From: a virus
Length of the DNA stretch: 64,000 bases
Direction: 5' to 3' (one strand)
IMG/VR virus record: IMGVR_UViG_3300021093_003900
Span: 1 to 64,000 of that record
Part shown: piece after piece, positions 18,763 through 27,556 of the stretch
Position numbering within the stretch: position 1 is the first letter of the stretch
Layout: each line of letters opens with the position of its first letter
Notes under the pieces: generated by a model
Database searches by the model: none
The model's input: only the letters and a program-made list of their open reading frames with translations
What the model was told of the DNA's origin: nothing
Made by a program: the position numbers and the translations under genes

Positions 18763-18793
18763 CAAAGTTATAAATGTCAAATAAATGTACAAA
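18763..18793 (-). promoter_or_regulatory. Bacteroidota-type promoter (TTTG-N19-TAACTTTG)
   Basis: Exact TAnnTTTG with 19-nt spacer upstream of the lipoprotein gene. Confidence 0.65.
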
Positions 18794-18888
18794 AAATTAT
18801 TTATTTTTTTTTTAATGTCTATTATATTGGACATTCAATAATTTTTTTGATCAAACAAAATATTTACAACTATACGATATTTATGTTT

Positions 18889-19191
18889 ATGAATGATTTA
18901 AAGAGAATTTTAAGAGAGAATCTTAAGAGACATATAAGAGAGGAATCTGCGAAAAAAAAACCAGAAGTTCATGTCCCTGAAAATTGTTTTGGTGGGCCAA
19001 AGACTTACGCTGGTGGACTTGTAGCTCTTATACAGTTATTAATGAAAGATAATGACAGAGATGCAAAATTAGCTGTTGAAGACTTTAAACAATTCCTGAA
19101 AGGAAGTTCTAAAATTGACGGTAAAGTAGTGGTTCAGATTCTCGAAAAACATGGAAAGAATCAGTACATTTCTTTTGCTGGTTGTTTTTAA
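18889..19191 (+). CDS. hypothetical protein with ILRE-type leader
   Basis: Start MNDLKRILRENLKRHIREE at 18889, 5 nt after TATTTA. Confidence 0.7.
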   Translation: MNDLKRILRENLKRHIREESAKKKPEVHVPENCFGGPKTYAGGLVALIQLLMKDNDRDAKLAVEDFKQFLKGSSKIDGKVVVQILEKHGKNQYISFAGCF

Positions 19192-19213
19192 ACCCATCGA
19201 ATTCGATGGGTTT
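19190..19213. terminator. palindromic bidirectional terminator downstream of tmRNA
   Basis: AAACCCATCGA-AT-TCGATGGGTTT. Confidence 0.75.
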
Positions 19214-19219
19214 GGTTTG

Positions 19220-19620
19220 TGGAGCTAGGTGGATTCGAACCACCGTCCTGTGAATTATTTCACGAGAGGCCTACATGATTATTCGATTATTCATAACCGA
19301 CAAATAGTTGGTTCTCATTTACCATTATTACCAACAACCGTGGGAGTTTCACTTAGATCGGTAGAACCCCTAACTTAACCTCCATTCCTTTTTGGGTAGA
19401 AACCACACCGTAAGGACTTCTGTTGCAAGGTACTTAGTCCGTAACCCCCGGTGATTGTCTCAATTAAGCTACAACCGCGACATCAGACTTCAAGAGTCCG
19501 ATTGTCTCCATACGTGCGAAAACATCGCCATTTGATTGTTTGAACCAGTTTTTACGAGGTTAATTCAGCCCCGTCATGCTCTCTCAGATCCATTGAAACC
19601 AGTCGATTCCTGTTAGCCCC
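19220..19620 (-). ncRNA. ssrA: tmRNA (transfer-messenger RNA)
   Basis: 5' GGGGCTAACAGGAATCGAC; 3' GACGGTGG-TTCGAAT-CCACC-TAGCTCC-A; acceptor stem GGGGCTA/TAGCTCC with the G3.U Ala determinant; helix 2 GAGAGCATG / CATG..CTCTC; internal tag ORF; 401 nt; CCA not fully encoded. Confidence 0.95.
19464..19529 (-). other. tmRNA tag reading frame (A)GDVFARMETIGLLKSDVAVVA*
   Basis: GGC resume codon after A-rich AAACAATCAAAT, open to TAA at 19464; the resume codon is inferred by analogy with Bacteroidota tags. Confidence 0.75.
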
Positions 19621-19646
19621 GAGTGAATATAAATATACTAAAAAAT

Positions 19647-19677
19647 TTTGAAATGTCAAGTTCTTGAACTATATTTG
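19647..19677 (+). promoter_or_regulatory. Bacteroidota-type promoter (TTTG-N19-TATATTTG) for the peptidase, overlapping the divergent tmRNA promoter
   Basis: TTTG 19647-19650, TATATTTG 19670-19677; minus strand has TTG-N19-TATATTTA at 19630-19659. Confidence 0.7.
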
Positions 19678-19684
19678 CTTCATT

Positions 19685-20515
19685 ATGGAATACAGAAATT
19701 ATGACTTGTTGAAAACTATTTTGGCAGTCCCAACTAAAACTTATCAAGAGGACTTGATGATCGAGTTTCTTGACAATTATTTGACTGAACACAATATACC
19801 ACACTACGTGGATGATTATGGGAATGTTTATGCCACCAAAACATCGGAGAGATTTCAAAATCAAGTTTTTCCTTGTGTAATAGCACATACTGATACAGTT
19901 CACAATTTGGTTGATCAAATTATAGTTGAAGAATTTATTGGTAAGGACAGACAACAAAGATCCAAGACTTGTTTAAAAGGTGTAAACTCGAAAGGTAAAC
20001 CAACTGGTATTGGTGGCGACGATAAATGTGGAATTTTTGGAGGACTTACAATATTGATGGATTTACCACATGTAAAGGTGGCATTTTTTGTAAGTGAAGA
20101 AACTGGATGTCACGGTTCAAAAAATAGTGATCCCGAATTTTTCAAGAACGTTGGATATACAATTCAACTTGATGCTCCAGAAAATTATATGATCTCTGAA
20201 GTTTGTAGTGGTGTTCGGTTATTTGATAGAGATTCAGATTTTTTCTTGAAAGTAAATCCGATTATCACCGAAATGATGATTGGCGCTCAGTATATGTACC
20301 ACCCATATACTGACGTTTCTCAAATGGTACTCAAACACGGATTGACCTCAATTAATATTTCTTGTGGTTATTACAATTACCACACCGCAAATGAATACAT
20401 TGTCTTAGATGACCTTTACAATTCAATTGAGGTTGCCAAACGAATGATTGAGTCATTGGGTTATGAAGTTCACCGAATGGAATCAAACAAACGATTACAA
20501 GATTTACGTTGGTGA
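19685..20515 (+). CDS. M28/M42-family zinc peptidase
   Basis: IAHTDTVH, GGDDKCG, SEETGC, QLD and YNYHT..E metal-ligand motifs; start MEYRNY. Confidence 0.85.
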   Translation: MEYRNYDLLKTILAVPTKTYQEDLMIEFLDNYLTEHNIPHYVDDYGNVYATKTSERFQNQVFPCVIAHTDTVHNLVDQIIVEEFIGKDRQQRSKTCLKGVNSKGKPTGIGGDDKCGIFGGLTILMDLPHVKVAFFVSEETGCHGSKNSDPEFFKNVGYTIQLDAPENYMISEVCSGVRLFDRDSDFFLKVNPIITEMMIGAQYMYHPYTDVSQMVLKHGLTSINISCGYYNYHTANEYIVLDDLYNSIEVAKRMIESLGYEVHRMESNKRLQDLRW

Positions 20516-20530
20516 TAATTGATGAAAAAG

Positions 20531-20556
20531 AAAAAGGGGACTTAAGTCCCCTTTTT
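20531..20556. terminator. bidirectional terminator between peptidase and clpC
   Basis: AAAAAGGGGAC-TTAA-GTCCCCTTTTT; the loop contains the clpC stop codon. Confidence 0.85.
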
Positions 20557-22551
20557 TGTTGATATCTTAATCTCTTCATCTTTGTAGGTGAGGTAATAAT
20601 TTTTACCCTCTACAATATCACCCGACAGATATTTTTCGGAGATTACGTCTTCAATTTTTTCTTGAATAGCTCTTTTGATTGGTCGAGCACCATAGGTCTC
20701 ATCAAATCCAACTTCAGCAATATGTTCAACAACTGAATCTTGACAAGTCACATTGATCTTCAATCCTTTGAGACGACTTGTAAGTTTTGCAACTTCAATT
20801 TTAACAATCTCCTTAACCTCTTCTTTTCCGAGGGAATTGAAGACAATAACATCATCAATACGATTGAGAAATTCTGGTTGAAAATATTTTTTCATTTCAG
20901 ATTGAAGGATTGTTTTTTTCTTTTCTTCTTCAGCGTACCTGCTTGTTCTGAAACCGATACCAGTTCCGAAATCTTGAATTTTTTTGATACCAATGTTTGA
21001 TGTCATAATAATCAAACAATTTTTGAAACTAATTTTTCTACCTAGTCCATCCGTGATATGTCCTTCGTCAAGCATTTGAAGAAGTGTATGAAAGATGTCT
21101 TTGTTGGCTTTTTCAATCTCATCGAATAAAACAAGTGAGTATGGTTTAGCTTTTACCTGTTCGGTAAGTTGACCACCCTGATCATAACCAACGTATCCAG
21201 GAGGAGCACCAATCAACCTAGAAACATTATGTTTTTCTTGGTATTCACTCATATCTACACGAATGAGAGCGTCAGGAGATCCAAAAATTTGTTCGGCTAA
21301 TTGTTTTGCCAAATGTGTTTTTCCTGTTCCAGTTCCACCTAAGAAAATGTAACTACCAATCGGTTTATTTGGGTCTTTAAATTTCAAACGGTTTCTACGA
21401 ATTGATTTCGAAATTTTGGTAATCGCTTCGTTTTGTCCAATTACTTTTTTTGACAATTCATTTTCAAGATTGGACAAAGTATTCTTATCATCCAAAGTCA
21501 AACGGTTCAAAGGTATTTTAGTCATATTGGACACAACATCCAAAACCACATCCACATCAATTGGACGTTTGTTCATCAAGAGTTCTTCTTCAAATTTTTT
21601 CTTTTCGATTTCTAGTTTATCCAGAATTTTCTTTTCAGCATCTCTTAAGTCGGCAGCTTTTTCATAGTCTTGTTTTTTGACCACATCCATTTTTTGTTTT
21701 TTAATTTCAGAAGCTTTTGTTTTAAGATTTTCAATAATTGGTGGCGCTTTGATATCAATTTGTGATTTGGAACCAACCTCATCCAGAATATCAAAAGCTT
21801 TGTCTGGGAACTCTCTATCCGTAATATACCTATCTGCCAAGTTCACACAGAGTTCTAATACTTCATCTGAATACGTGACTTTATGAAAATCCTCGTATCT
21901 TGATTTGGATTGCTTGATGATTTGGAGTGTTTCCGTTTTTGATGGTGGATCTACAACAACTTTTTGAAATCTTCTTTCAAGGGCACCATCTTTTTCAATA
22001 TGTTGTCTATATTCATCAAAAGTTGTCGCACCAATACAATGAATTTCACCACGAGATAATGCTGGTTTGAAAATATTTGAAGCATCCATAGCTCCCGACG
22101 AATTCCCAGCACCAACCATAGTGTGGATTTCGTCAATGAAAATAATAACATCAGGATTTTCAACAATCTCTTCAATAATAGCTTTCATTCGTTCCTCAAA
22201 TTGTCCACGATATTTTGTACCAGCAACAATTGAAGTAAGATCTAAATTTACAATTCGTTTATCCCTTAGATTTCTCGGACATTTACCTTCGTGAATTTGA
22301 ATTGCTAACCCTTCCACAATTGAGGTTTTACCAGCACCGGGTTCACCAATGATAATTGCGTTATTTTTTTTTCTACGAGATAAAATTTGAGCAATTCGAG
22401 TAATTTCTACTTCACGACCAACAACTGGATCCAATTTACCTTCAGCGGCTAATTTATTTAAATCCCGACTGAAATTATCCAATACAGGTGTTCCACCACT
22501 TTTTTTACGAACATCTTGTTCTTTTTCGTTCTCATCCATTGATTCTATCAT
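20542..22551 (-). CDS. clpC: ClpC-type AAA+ unfoldase lacking the N-terminal Clp-repeat domain
   Basis: Two AAA modules (GEPGAGKT/IFIDEIH; GGTGTGKT/LFDEIEK), UVR-type middle domain (QDYEKAADLRD), GYVG pore loop, IGF ClpP-docking loop; starts ~20 aa before TPVLDNFSRDL. Confidence 0.92.
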   Translation of the reverse strand: MIESMDENEKEQDVRKKSGGTPVLDNFSRDLNKLAAEGKLDPVVGREVEITRIAQILSRRKKNNAIIIGEPGAGKTSIVEGLAIQIHEGKCPRNLRDKRIVNLDLTSIVAGTKYRGQFEERMKAIIEEIVENPDVIIFIDEIHTMVGAGNSSGAMDASNIFKPALSRGEIHCIGATTFDEYRQHIEKDGALERRFQKVVVDPPSKTETLQIIKQSKSRYEDFHKVTYSDEVLELCVNLADRYITDREFPDKAFDILDEVGSKSQIDIKAPPIIENLKTKASEIKKQKMDVVKKQDYEKAADLRDAEKKILDKLEIEKKKFEEELLMNKRPIDVDVVLDVVSNMTKIPLNRLTLDDKNTLSNLENELSKKVIGQNEAITKISKSIRRNRLKFKDPNKPIGSYIFLGGTGTGKTHLAKQLAEQIFGSPDALIRVDMSEYQEKHNVSRLIGAPPGYVGYDQGGQLTEQVKAKPYSLVLFDEIEKANKDIFHTLLQMLDEGHITDGLGRKISFKNCLIIMTSNIGIKKIQDFGTGIGFRTSRYAEEEKKKTILQSEMKKYFQPEFLNRIDDVIVFNSLGKEEVKEIVKIEVAKLTSRLKGLKINVTCQDSVVEHIAEVGFDETYGARPIKRAIQEKIEDVISEKYLSGDIVEGKNYYLTYKDEEIKISTKKGT

Positions 22552-22567
22552 TTTCTTTATTTTTTTA

Positions 22568-22599
22568 CAAATATAGTGAACTATTGATTAAAAAACAAT
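22568..22599 (-). promoter_or_regulatory. Bacteroidota-type promoter for clpC (TTG-N20-TATATTTG)
   Basis: TATATTTG on the minus strand at 22568-22575. Confidence 0.6.
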
Positions 22600-22602
22600 C
22601 TT

Positions 22603-22673
22603 TGTCATATTGTCAGAAAAAATAAATTTTTTATGTCATATTGACTTATTTTTCTGATTGGTATATTGTTTGT
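22603..22673 (+). promoter_or_regulatory. repeated TGTCATATTG boxes plus sigma54-like element upstream of dnaK
   Basis: TGTCATATTG at 22603 and 22634 (31 nt apart); TGG-N10-GT at 22659-22673. Confidence 0.45.
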
Positions 22674-22710
22674 ATATTTTAGGATAAAATAAAACTAAAA
22701 AAACAAAGTT

Positions 22711-24582
22711 ATGAATAAAAATGTGATTATCGGTATCGACTTAGGTACCACAAACTCGGCGGTAGCAATTATTGAAGGTGGTCAACCTATCGTGGTTGCT
22801 AATTCAGAAGGTAAGAGAACTACACCATCGATTGTTGCTTTTACTGATAAAGATCGAAAGGTTGGTGATCCTGCAAAAAGACAGGCGGTAACCAATCCAG
22901 AAAAGACAGTCTTTTCAATAAAAAGATTTATTGGTAAAGATTTTGATAAATGTAAAGCAGAGTCAAAAAAAGTTCCTTACAAAACAACCAAAACATCAAC
23001 TGGTCTAGTTGGTGTAAAAATTGATGATAAGACATATACACCACAAGAAATTTCAGCAACTATTCTACAGAAAATGAAAAAAACAGCTGAAGATTATTTG
23101 GGTTATGAAGTAACTAGAGCGGTTATTACGGTACCTGCTTATTTCGGTGACCAAGAAAGGAGTGCTACTATTGAGGCTGGTGAAATTGCTGGATTGAAAG
23201 TTGAAAGGATTATTAATGAACCGACAGCTGCAGCATTGGCTTATGGTTTAGATAAAAAATCAAAAGATTCTAAAATATTGGTATTTGACTGTGGTGGTGG
23301 AACTCATGACGTATCGGTACTTGAAATTGGTGATGGGATTTTTGAAGTAAAATCCACTGATGGTGACACACATTTGGGTGGCGACGATTTTGACAACGCA
23401 ATTATCAATTGGATGACATCTGAGTTTCAAAATGAATATGGTATTGATCTTACAAAAGATCCAATGGCCCTCCAAAGAGTTAGAGAAGCCGCTGAAAAAG
23501 CAAAAATTGAATTGTCGTCATCTTCAAACAGTGAAATTAATTTACCTTACATTACTGCTCGTGAAGGTGTTCCTGTTCACTTTGTTAAATCATTACCAAG
23601 AAGTAAATTTGAACAACTGACAAAAGATTTGGTTGACAGAACAATTGCTTGTGCGAAAAAAGCTCTTAAAAACGCTAAATTAAAACCATCCGAAATTGAT
23701 GAGGTTGTTTTAGTTGGTGGATCTACTCGTATTCCAGCAATCCAAGAAGCGGTTGAGAACTTCATTGGTAAAAAAGCAAATAAATCAGTTAATCCTGATG
23801 AAGTTGTGGCTTTGGGAGCTGCTATACAAGGTGCGGTTCTTACTGGTGATGTAGATGATGTACTACTTTTAGATGTTATTCCATTGTCATTCGGTATCGA
23901 AACTATGGGTGGTGTGATGACAAAAATTATTGAAGCTAATACAACCATTCCAATCAAAAAACAACAAACATTCTCAACCGCTGTTGATAATCAACCAACT
24001 GTGGATATTAATGTACTACAAGGTGAAAGACCAATGGCAAATGATAACAGATCTTTGGGTAGATTTTTCTTGGAAGGTATTACACCAGCACCACGAGGTG
24101 TACCACAAATTGAAGTTACAATTGATATCGATGCAAATGGAATTCTTCATGTCACCGCAAAAGACCAAGCGTCTGGTAAGGAAAATAAAATCAGAATTGA
24201 AGGTGGTTCTTCACTAAAACCAGAAGAAATCGAAAGAATGAAACGTGAAGCTCAAGAAAATTTGGAACAAGATAAATTGGCACAACAAAGAGTTGAATTG
24301 TTCAATCAATGTGATAATCAAATTTTCAACACGAAAAAAAATATGGAAGAGTGGAAAGATAAGTTTACTGAAGAACAATCTACGAAGTTAAATGAATGTT
24401 TGGAAAATTTAGAGAAAGCTTATTCTGAACGAAATGAAGAAAATTGTAAAGAACATTCGGAAAAACTTAATAAAGTCTTTATTGAAGTTTCGAACGAAAT
24501 ATACTCAACAATGAAACCAGAAGACGACATGAATACTACAAATGATATTCAAGACGTTGAATTCACAGAAGTAGAAAAGTAA
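22711..24582 (+). CDS. dnaK: molecular chaperone DnaK (Hsp70)
   Basis: [54 protein letters not shown] linker, C-terminal DVEFTEV. Confidence 0.98.
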   Translation: MNKNVIIGIDLGTTNSAVAIIEGGQPIVVANSEGKRTTPSIVAFTDKDRKVGDPAKRQAVTNPEKTVFSIKRFIGKDFDKCKAESKKVPYKTTKTSTGLVGVKIDDKTYTPQEISATILQKMKKTAEDYLGYEVTRAVITVPAYFGDQERSATIEAGEIAGLKVERIINEPTAAALAYGLDKKSKDSKILVFDCGGGTHDVSVLEIGDGIFEVKSTDGDTHLGGDDFDNAIINWMTSEFQNEYGIDLTKDPMALQRVREAAEKAKIELSSSSNSEINLPYITAREGVPVHFVKSLPRSKFEQLTKDLVDRTIACAKKALKNAKLKPSEIDEVVLVGGSTRIPAIQEAVENFIGKKANKSVNPDEVVALGAAIQGAVLTGDVDDVLLLDVIPLSFGIETMGGVMTKIIEANTTIPIKKQQTFSTAVDNQPTVDINVLQGERPMANDNRSLGRFFLEGITPAPRGVPQIEVTIDIDANGILHVTAKDQASGKENKIRIEGGSSLKPEEIERMKREAQENLEQDKLAQQRVELFNQCDNQIFNTKKNMEEWKDKFTEEQSTKLNECLENLEKAYSERNEENCKEHSEKLNKVFIEVSNEIYSTMKPEDDMNTTNDIQDVEFTEVEK

Positions 24583-24599
24583 TTTTCGTATATTTATGG

Positions 24600-24631
24600 A
24601 AAGACCGACCCCTAAAAAAAGTCGGTCTTTT
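24600..24631 (+). terminator. stem-loop after dnaK (terminator or leader hairpin)
   Basis: AAAGACCGAC-N11-GTCGGTCTTT. Confidence 0.65.
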
Positions 24632-24643
24632 AATTTAAAAACT

Positions 24644-24889
24644 ATGGCAATATCAAAACAAACAATCGAGGGTACTAAAATAATAAATGAAGTACAATCA
24701 AGTAATTTAGTCAGGACTGAATATGATACTAGTGATAGTAGTTTGGTTGTAGAATTTAAAAATGGAACCAAATACTCCTATGAAAATGTTCCCCATAAAA
24801 TATATGCACAATTTAGATTAGCGGAGTCACAAGGAAATTTTTTCAATATTAACATCGCAAAAGTATTCAAATACAAAAAACTGACTTGA
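24644..24889 (+). CDS. KTSC domain protein
   Basis: VQSSNL...YD....LVVEFKNGTKYSYENVP......AESQGNFFN. Confidence 0.88.
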   Translation: MAISKQTIEGTKIINEVQSSNLVRTEYDTSDSSLVVEFKNGTKYSYENVPHKIYAQFRLAESQGNFFNINIAKVFKYKKLT

Positions 24890-24906
24890 TAATATATTTA
24901 TTATGA

Positions 24907-25641
24907 ATGGAAGGTTATCAAGAAATACTCAAATCATTTGAAACTAGAGATATTCTCAATGGTGAGATATGGAATGATGTTTTTACGGACAATCCAAGAC
25001 TTAAACCTCAGATCAGAAAAATTTTATTGAAAATTGCTTCTGAGTTTCAAGGATACTTAGGTGATGATATTTTTTTATCGGATGTAAGATTCACCGGGTC
25101 TTTAGCCAATTATAATTGGTCGAAGTTTTCGGATATTGATTTACATTGTATCATAGATTTTGAACAATTCGATCCATCAGAAAGAGAATTGTATAAAGAA
25201 CTCTTCAAACTGAAAAAAACACTTTTTAATGAAAACCATAACATCAGAGTAAAGGGTTATGAAGTTGAATTATATGCAGAGGATATTTCAGAAAAACATG
25301 TATCATCTGGTGTTTATTCAGTTCTATTTAACGATTGGATCAACCAACCGATTAAGAAAAAAGTAAATATAGATAAGAAATTTTTCTTACAGAAAGCGGA
25401 TACAATGATGGATAGAATTGATAATTTGATGATTGATGTTAAAGATCTAGATATTGATACCGCATTGAAAAAAATAAAAGATTTTAATGACAAACTTAAA
25501 AAATATAGAAAATCTGGGTTAGATAAGGGTGGTGAACTTTCATATGAAAATATGATATTCAAATTTTTACGAAGGAATGGGTATCTAGAAAAACTTCAAA
25601 CATTTAAAAATGAGTTAATGGATAGGAAACTTTCGCTTTAA
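24907..25641 (+). CDS. nucleotidyltransferase (Pol-beta superfamily)
   Basis: TGSLANYNWSKFSDIDLH (GS...DxD) and VELY motifs. Confidence 0.8.
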   Translation: MEGYQEILKSFETRDILNGEIWNDVFTDNPRLKPQIRKILLKIASEFQGYLGDDIFLSDVRFTGSLANYNWSKFSDIDLHCIIDFEQFDPSERELYKELFKLKKTLFNENHNIRVKGYEVELYAEDISEKHVSSGVYSVLFNDWINQPIKKKVNIDKKFFLQKADTMMDRIDNLMIDVKDLDIDTALKKIKDFNDKLKKYRKSGLDKGGELSYENMIFKFLRRNGYLEKLQTFKNELMDRKLSL

Positions 25642-25695
25642 CAATTTAATAATTCGATTATTTAACATTTCAGTATATTTATAACATAAAAAACT

Positions 25696-25884
25696 ATGAA
25701 CGGAGCATTTAGCGCAGGTACAGAATATTTTGAATGTAGAGTTTGTTTCAGTAGTTCAGGATGTACTTGTACCTCCTCAACTCAACAAACTTTACCACAT
25801 CCTATTTGGTCAACAAATAGAGAAGTTGCAATTATTCAGTTGGGTATGGTACAATTGGGTGGAATGCACGGACTTAATTCATAA
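25696..25884 (+). CDS. small Cys-containing hypothetical protein
   Basis: 62-aa ORF with TATTTA and A-rich leader. Confidence 0.65.
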   Translation: MNGAFSAGTEYFECRVCFSSSGCTCTSSTQQTLPHPIWSTNREVAIIQLGMVQLGGMHGLNS

Positions 25885-25904
25885 AAAAACTAAAAAAAAA
25901 TAAA

Positions 25905-27164
25905 ATGGCAGATCTAAAACCTATTGGGAGCGAAAGATTAACTGGTAAATCCAAAATACAAAGAATTTTGGAAATTTCTCGTTATAAAGAGAACATCCCT
26001 AAAAGTATCAATGAAACCACAAGAACTGAATACAGCAAGGTTTTATCGGACGGAAATGAATATGAGATTGTTAAAGAAAAAATGGGATATGTAATCAAAA
26101 AAAGAGTTGATGAATCTTATGATTATATTGAACCTATGAAAAACAGAAAACACTATGGCTCTTATTCAGCCGCTTTAAAACGTTTGAATTTAATAGCTAA
26201 AGAGGTAAATAGATTAGTTGAAAATGAAGAGGAAACACCTTTGTTTAATTTAGGTGAACAAAAAAGATTCACATTAAAAACACCAAAGCCACCAGTGCCA
26301 CCCTCAGTTCCAGCAACAGCTCAACCAGTTGCACCTGCTGAAATGCCAGCACCAATGGGAGACGTGACTTCCGCTGATGATATGCCACCTGTTGATATGA
26401 GTCAAAATATAGGGGGTGAAGAAACGCCTATGCCTGATATGGGGGGTGAAGAAACACCTATGCCTGACATGGGGGGTGAAGAAACGCCTATGCCTGATAT
26501 GGGTGGTGAAATACCTGATATGGGTGGTGGAAAAGAAGAAGTTTCTTTTCGTACAATTCAAAAATTAACAGGAAAACTAGGTCAAAAACTAAGAATGTTG
26601 GATGACACAGTTGGTATGACATCTGAAGATGTAAAGTATGTATTAAATTCTATCTTATCTGCGGTTGATTTATCGAAACTAGAAGACGAAGATCGTGAAG
26701 ATATTTTGGCTAATTTTGAAGATGATTATGATGAAGATATGATGGGATCTGATGATATGGGTGATCAAATTGATGTCGACACTGAAGTTGATGTTGAAGA
26801 ACCCAAAATGTCAGCACCAAAAGAAGAATTTAGTGAGGAAGATGATGATGGATTCCGTAAAAGAATTAGTCCAATTATGGACTCATTTTTTGCTGAATCT
26901 GAGGTTGAAAAACTTTTATCTCGATACTATCGTGTGAATGAAAAGGAAAAGAAATTGAAAGATAAAAAAATAGATGAATATAAAAAAGTGACATTGAATC
27001 AAGTAAATCAACTAGCCGAAACAAAAAAACAAAAGGATAGTGCTGAGTTTATTATAAAAGAAACCAAAGGATTTAAGTTCAAAGGTAAGACTAATCTTAA
27101 AAACCTAGTTTTTGAAAATAATGGTGAAATTTTGAAAATTGATTTAGATGGACAATTTCTATGA
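25905..27164 (+). CDS. hypothetical head-module protein with Pro/Met-rich repeats
   Basis: 419 aa; GGEETPMPDM repeats; upstream of terminase. Confidence 0.75.
   Translation: MADLKPIGSERLTGKSKIQRILEISRYKENIPKSINETTRTEYSKVLSDGNEYEIVKEKMGYVIKKRVDESYDYIEPMKNRKHYGSYSAALKRLNLIAKEVNRLVENEEETPLFNLGEQKRFTLKTPKPPVPPSVPATAQPVAPAEMPAPMGDVTSADDMPPVDMSQNIGGEETPMPDMGGEETPMPDMGGEETPMPDMGGEIPDMGGGKEEVSFRTIQKLTGKLGQKLRMLDDTVGMTSEDVKYVLNSILSAVDLSKLEDEDREDILANFEDDYDEDMMGSDDMGDQIDVDTEVDVEEPKMSAPKEEFSEEDDDGFRKRISPIMDSFFAESEVEKLLSRYYRVNEKEKKLKDKKIDEYKKVTLNQVNQLAETKKQKDSAEFIIKETKGFKFKGKTNLKNLVFENNGEILKIDLDGQFL
26412..26527 (+). repeat. 30-nt coding tandem repeat (GGEETPMPDM x3 plus partial)
   Basis: GGGGGTGAAGAAACRCCTATGCCTGAYATG units. 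Confidence 0.9.
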
Positions 27165-27556
27165 GCCACTTAATTTATATCAACGGACTAGGCCCGAATT
27201 ATAAAGGAGATAACATTTACGAATTTATCTTTAGTGACTCTTTTGATGTGTGGGGAGATAACTGGGATTCAAAACCAGCTCACGGTCATCCATTACCACC
27301 TGAAATGAAATACATAACTAAAGTCGGTATTCTACGTAATACTGAGGTGATACTGGATCTAGTTCAAAATTCTGACTATATGGGTGTTATTGATGCTATG
27401 GAAGACATAATAGCCCTTGGTTGGGAAACAGATGAAAGTTGTGGCGAAAATAAAAGATTAGTATTTAAGTTTGGTGAACCCGAACAAAGTATAAAAGATA
27501 AACTTTACGAAAGAGATGTCGTATTGGAATTTGAAAAACAAATGTCTTATGTCTAA
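27161..27556 (+). CDS. conserved hypothetical phage protein
   Basis: 131-aa ORF overlapping its neighbours. Confidence 0.75.
   Translation: MSHLIYINGLGPNYKGDNIYEFIFSDSFDVWGDNWDSKPAHGHPLPPEMKYITKVGILRNTEVILDLVQNSDYMGVIDAMEDIIALGWETDESCGENKRLVFKFGEPEQSIKDKLYERDVVLEFEKQMSYV

Noticed and set aside
19217-19250. tRNA-like T-arm and acceptor end suggesting a tRNA-Ala gene
   Set aside because: The matching 5' acceptor strand is 400 nt away with a tag ORF between; it is the tRNA-like domain of tmRNA.
19628-19635. T4-type late promoter TATAAATA read on the + strand
   Set aside because: Across the window the motif is consistently oriented as TATTTA on the coding strand of the adjacent gene, so the T4 orientation does not fit.
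22711-24582. Host chromosomal contamination suggested by dnaK, clpC and ssrA
   Set aside because: No dnaJ, grpE or smpB context; same composition as the flanks; phage-type TATTTA motifs and phage genes are contiguous on both sides.
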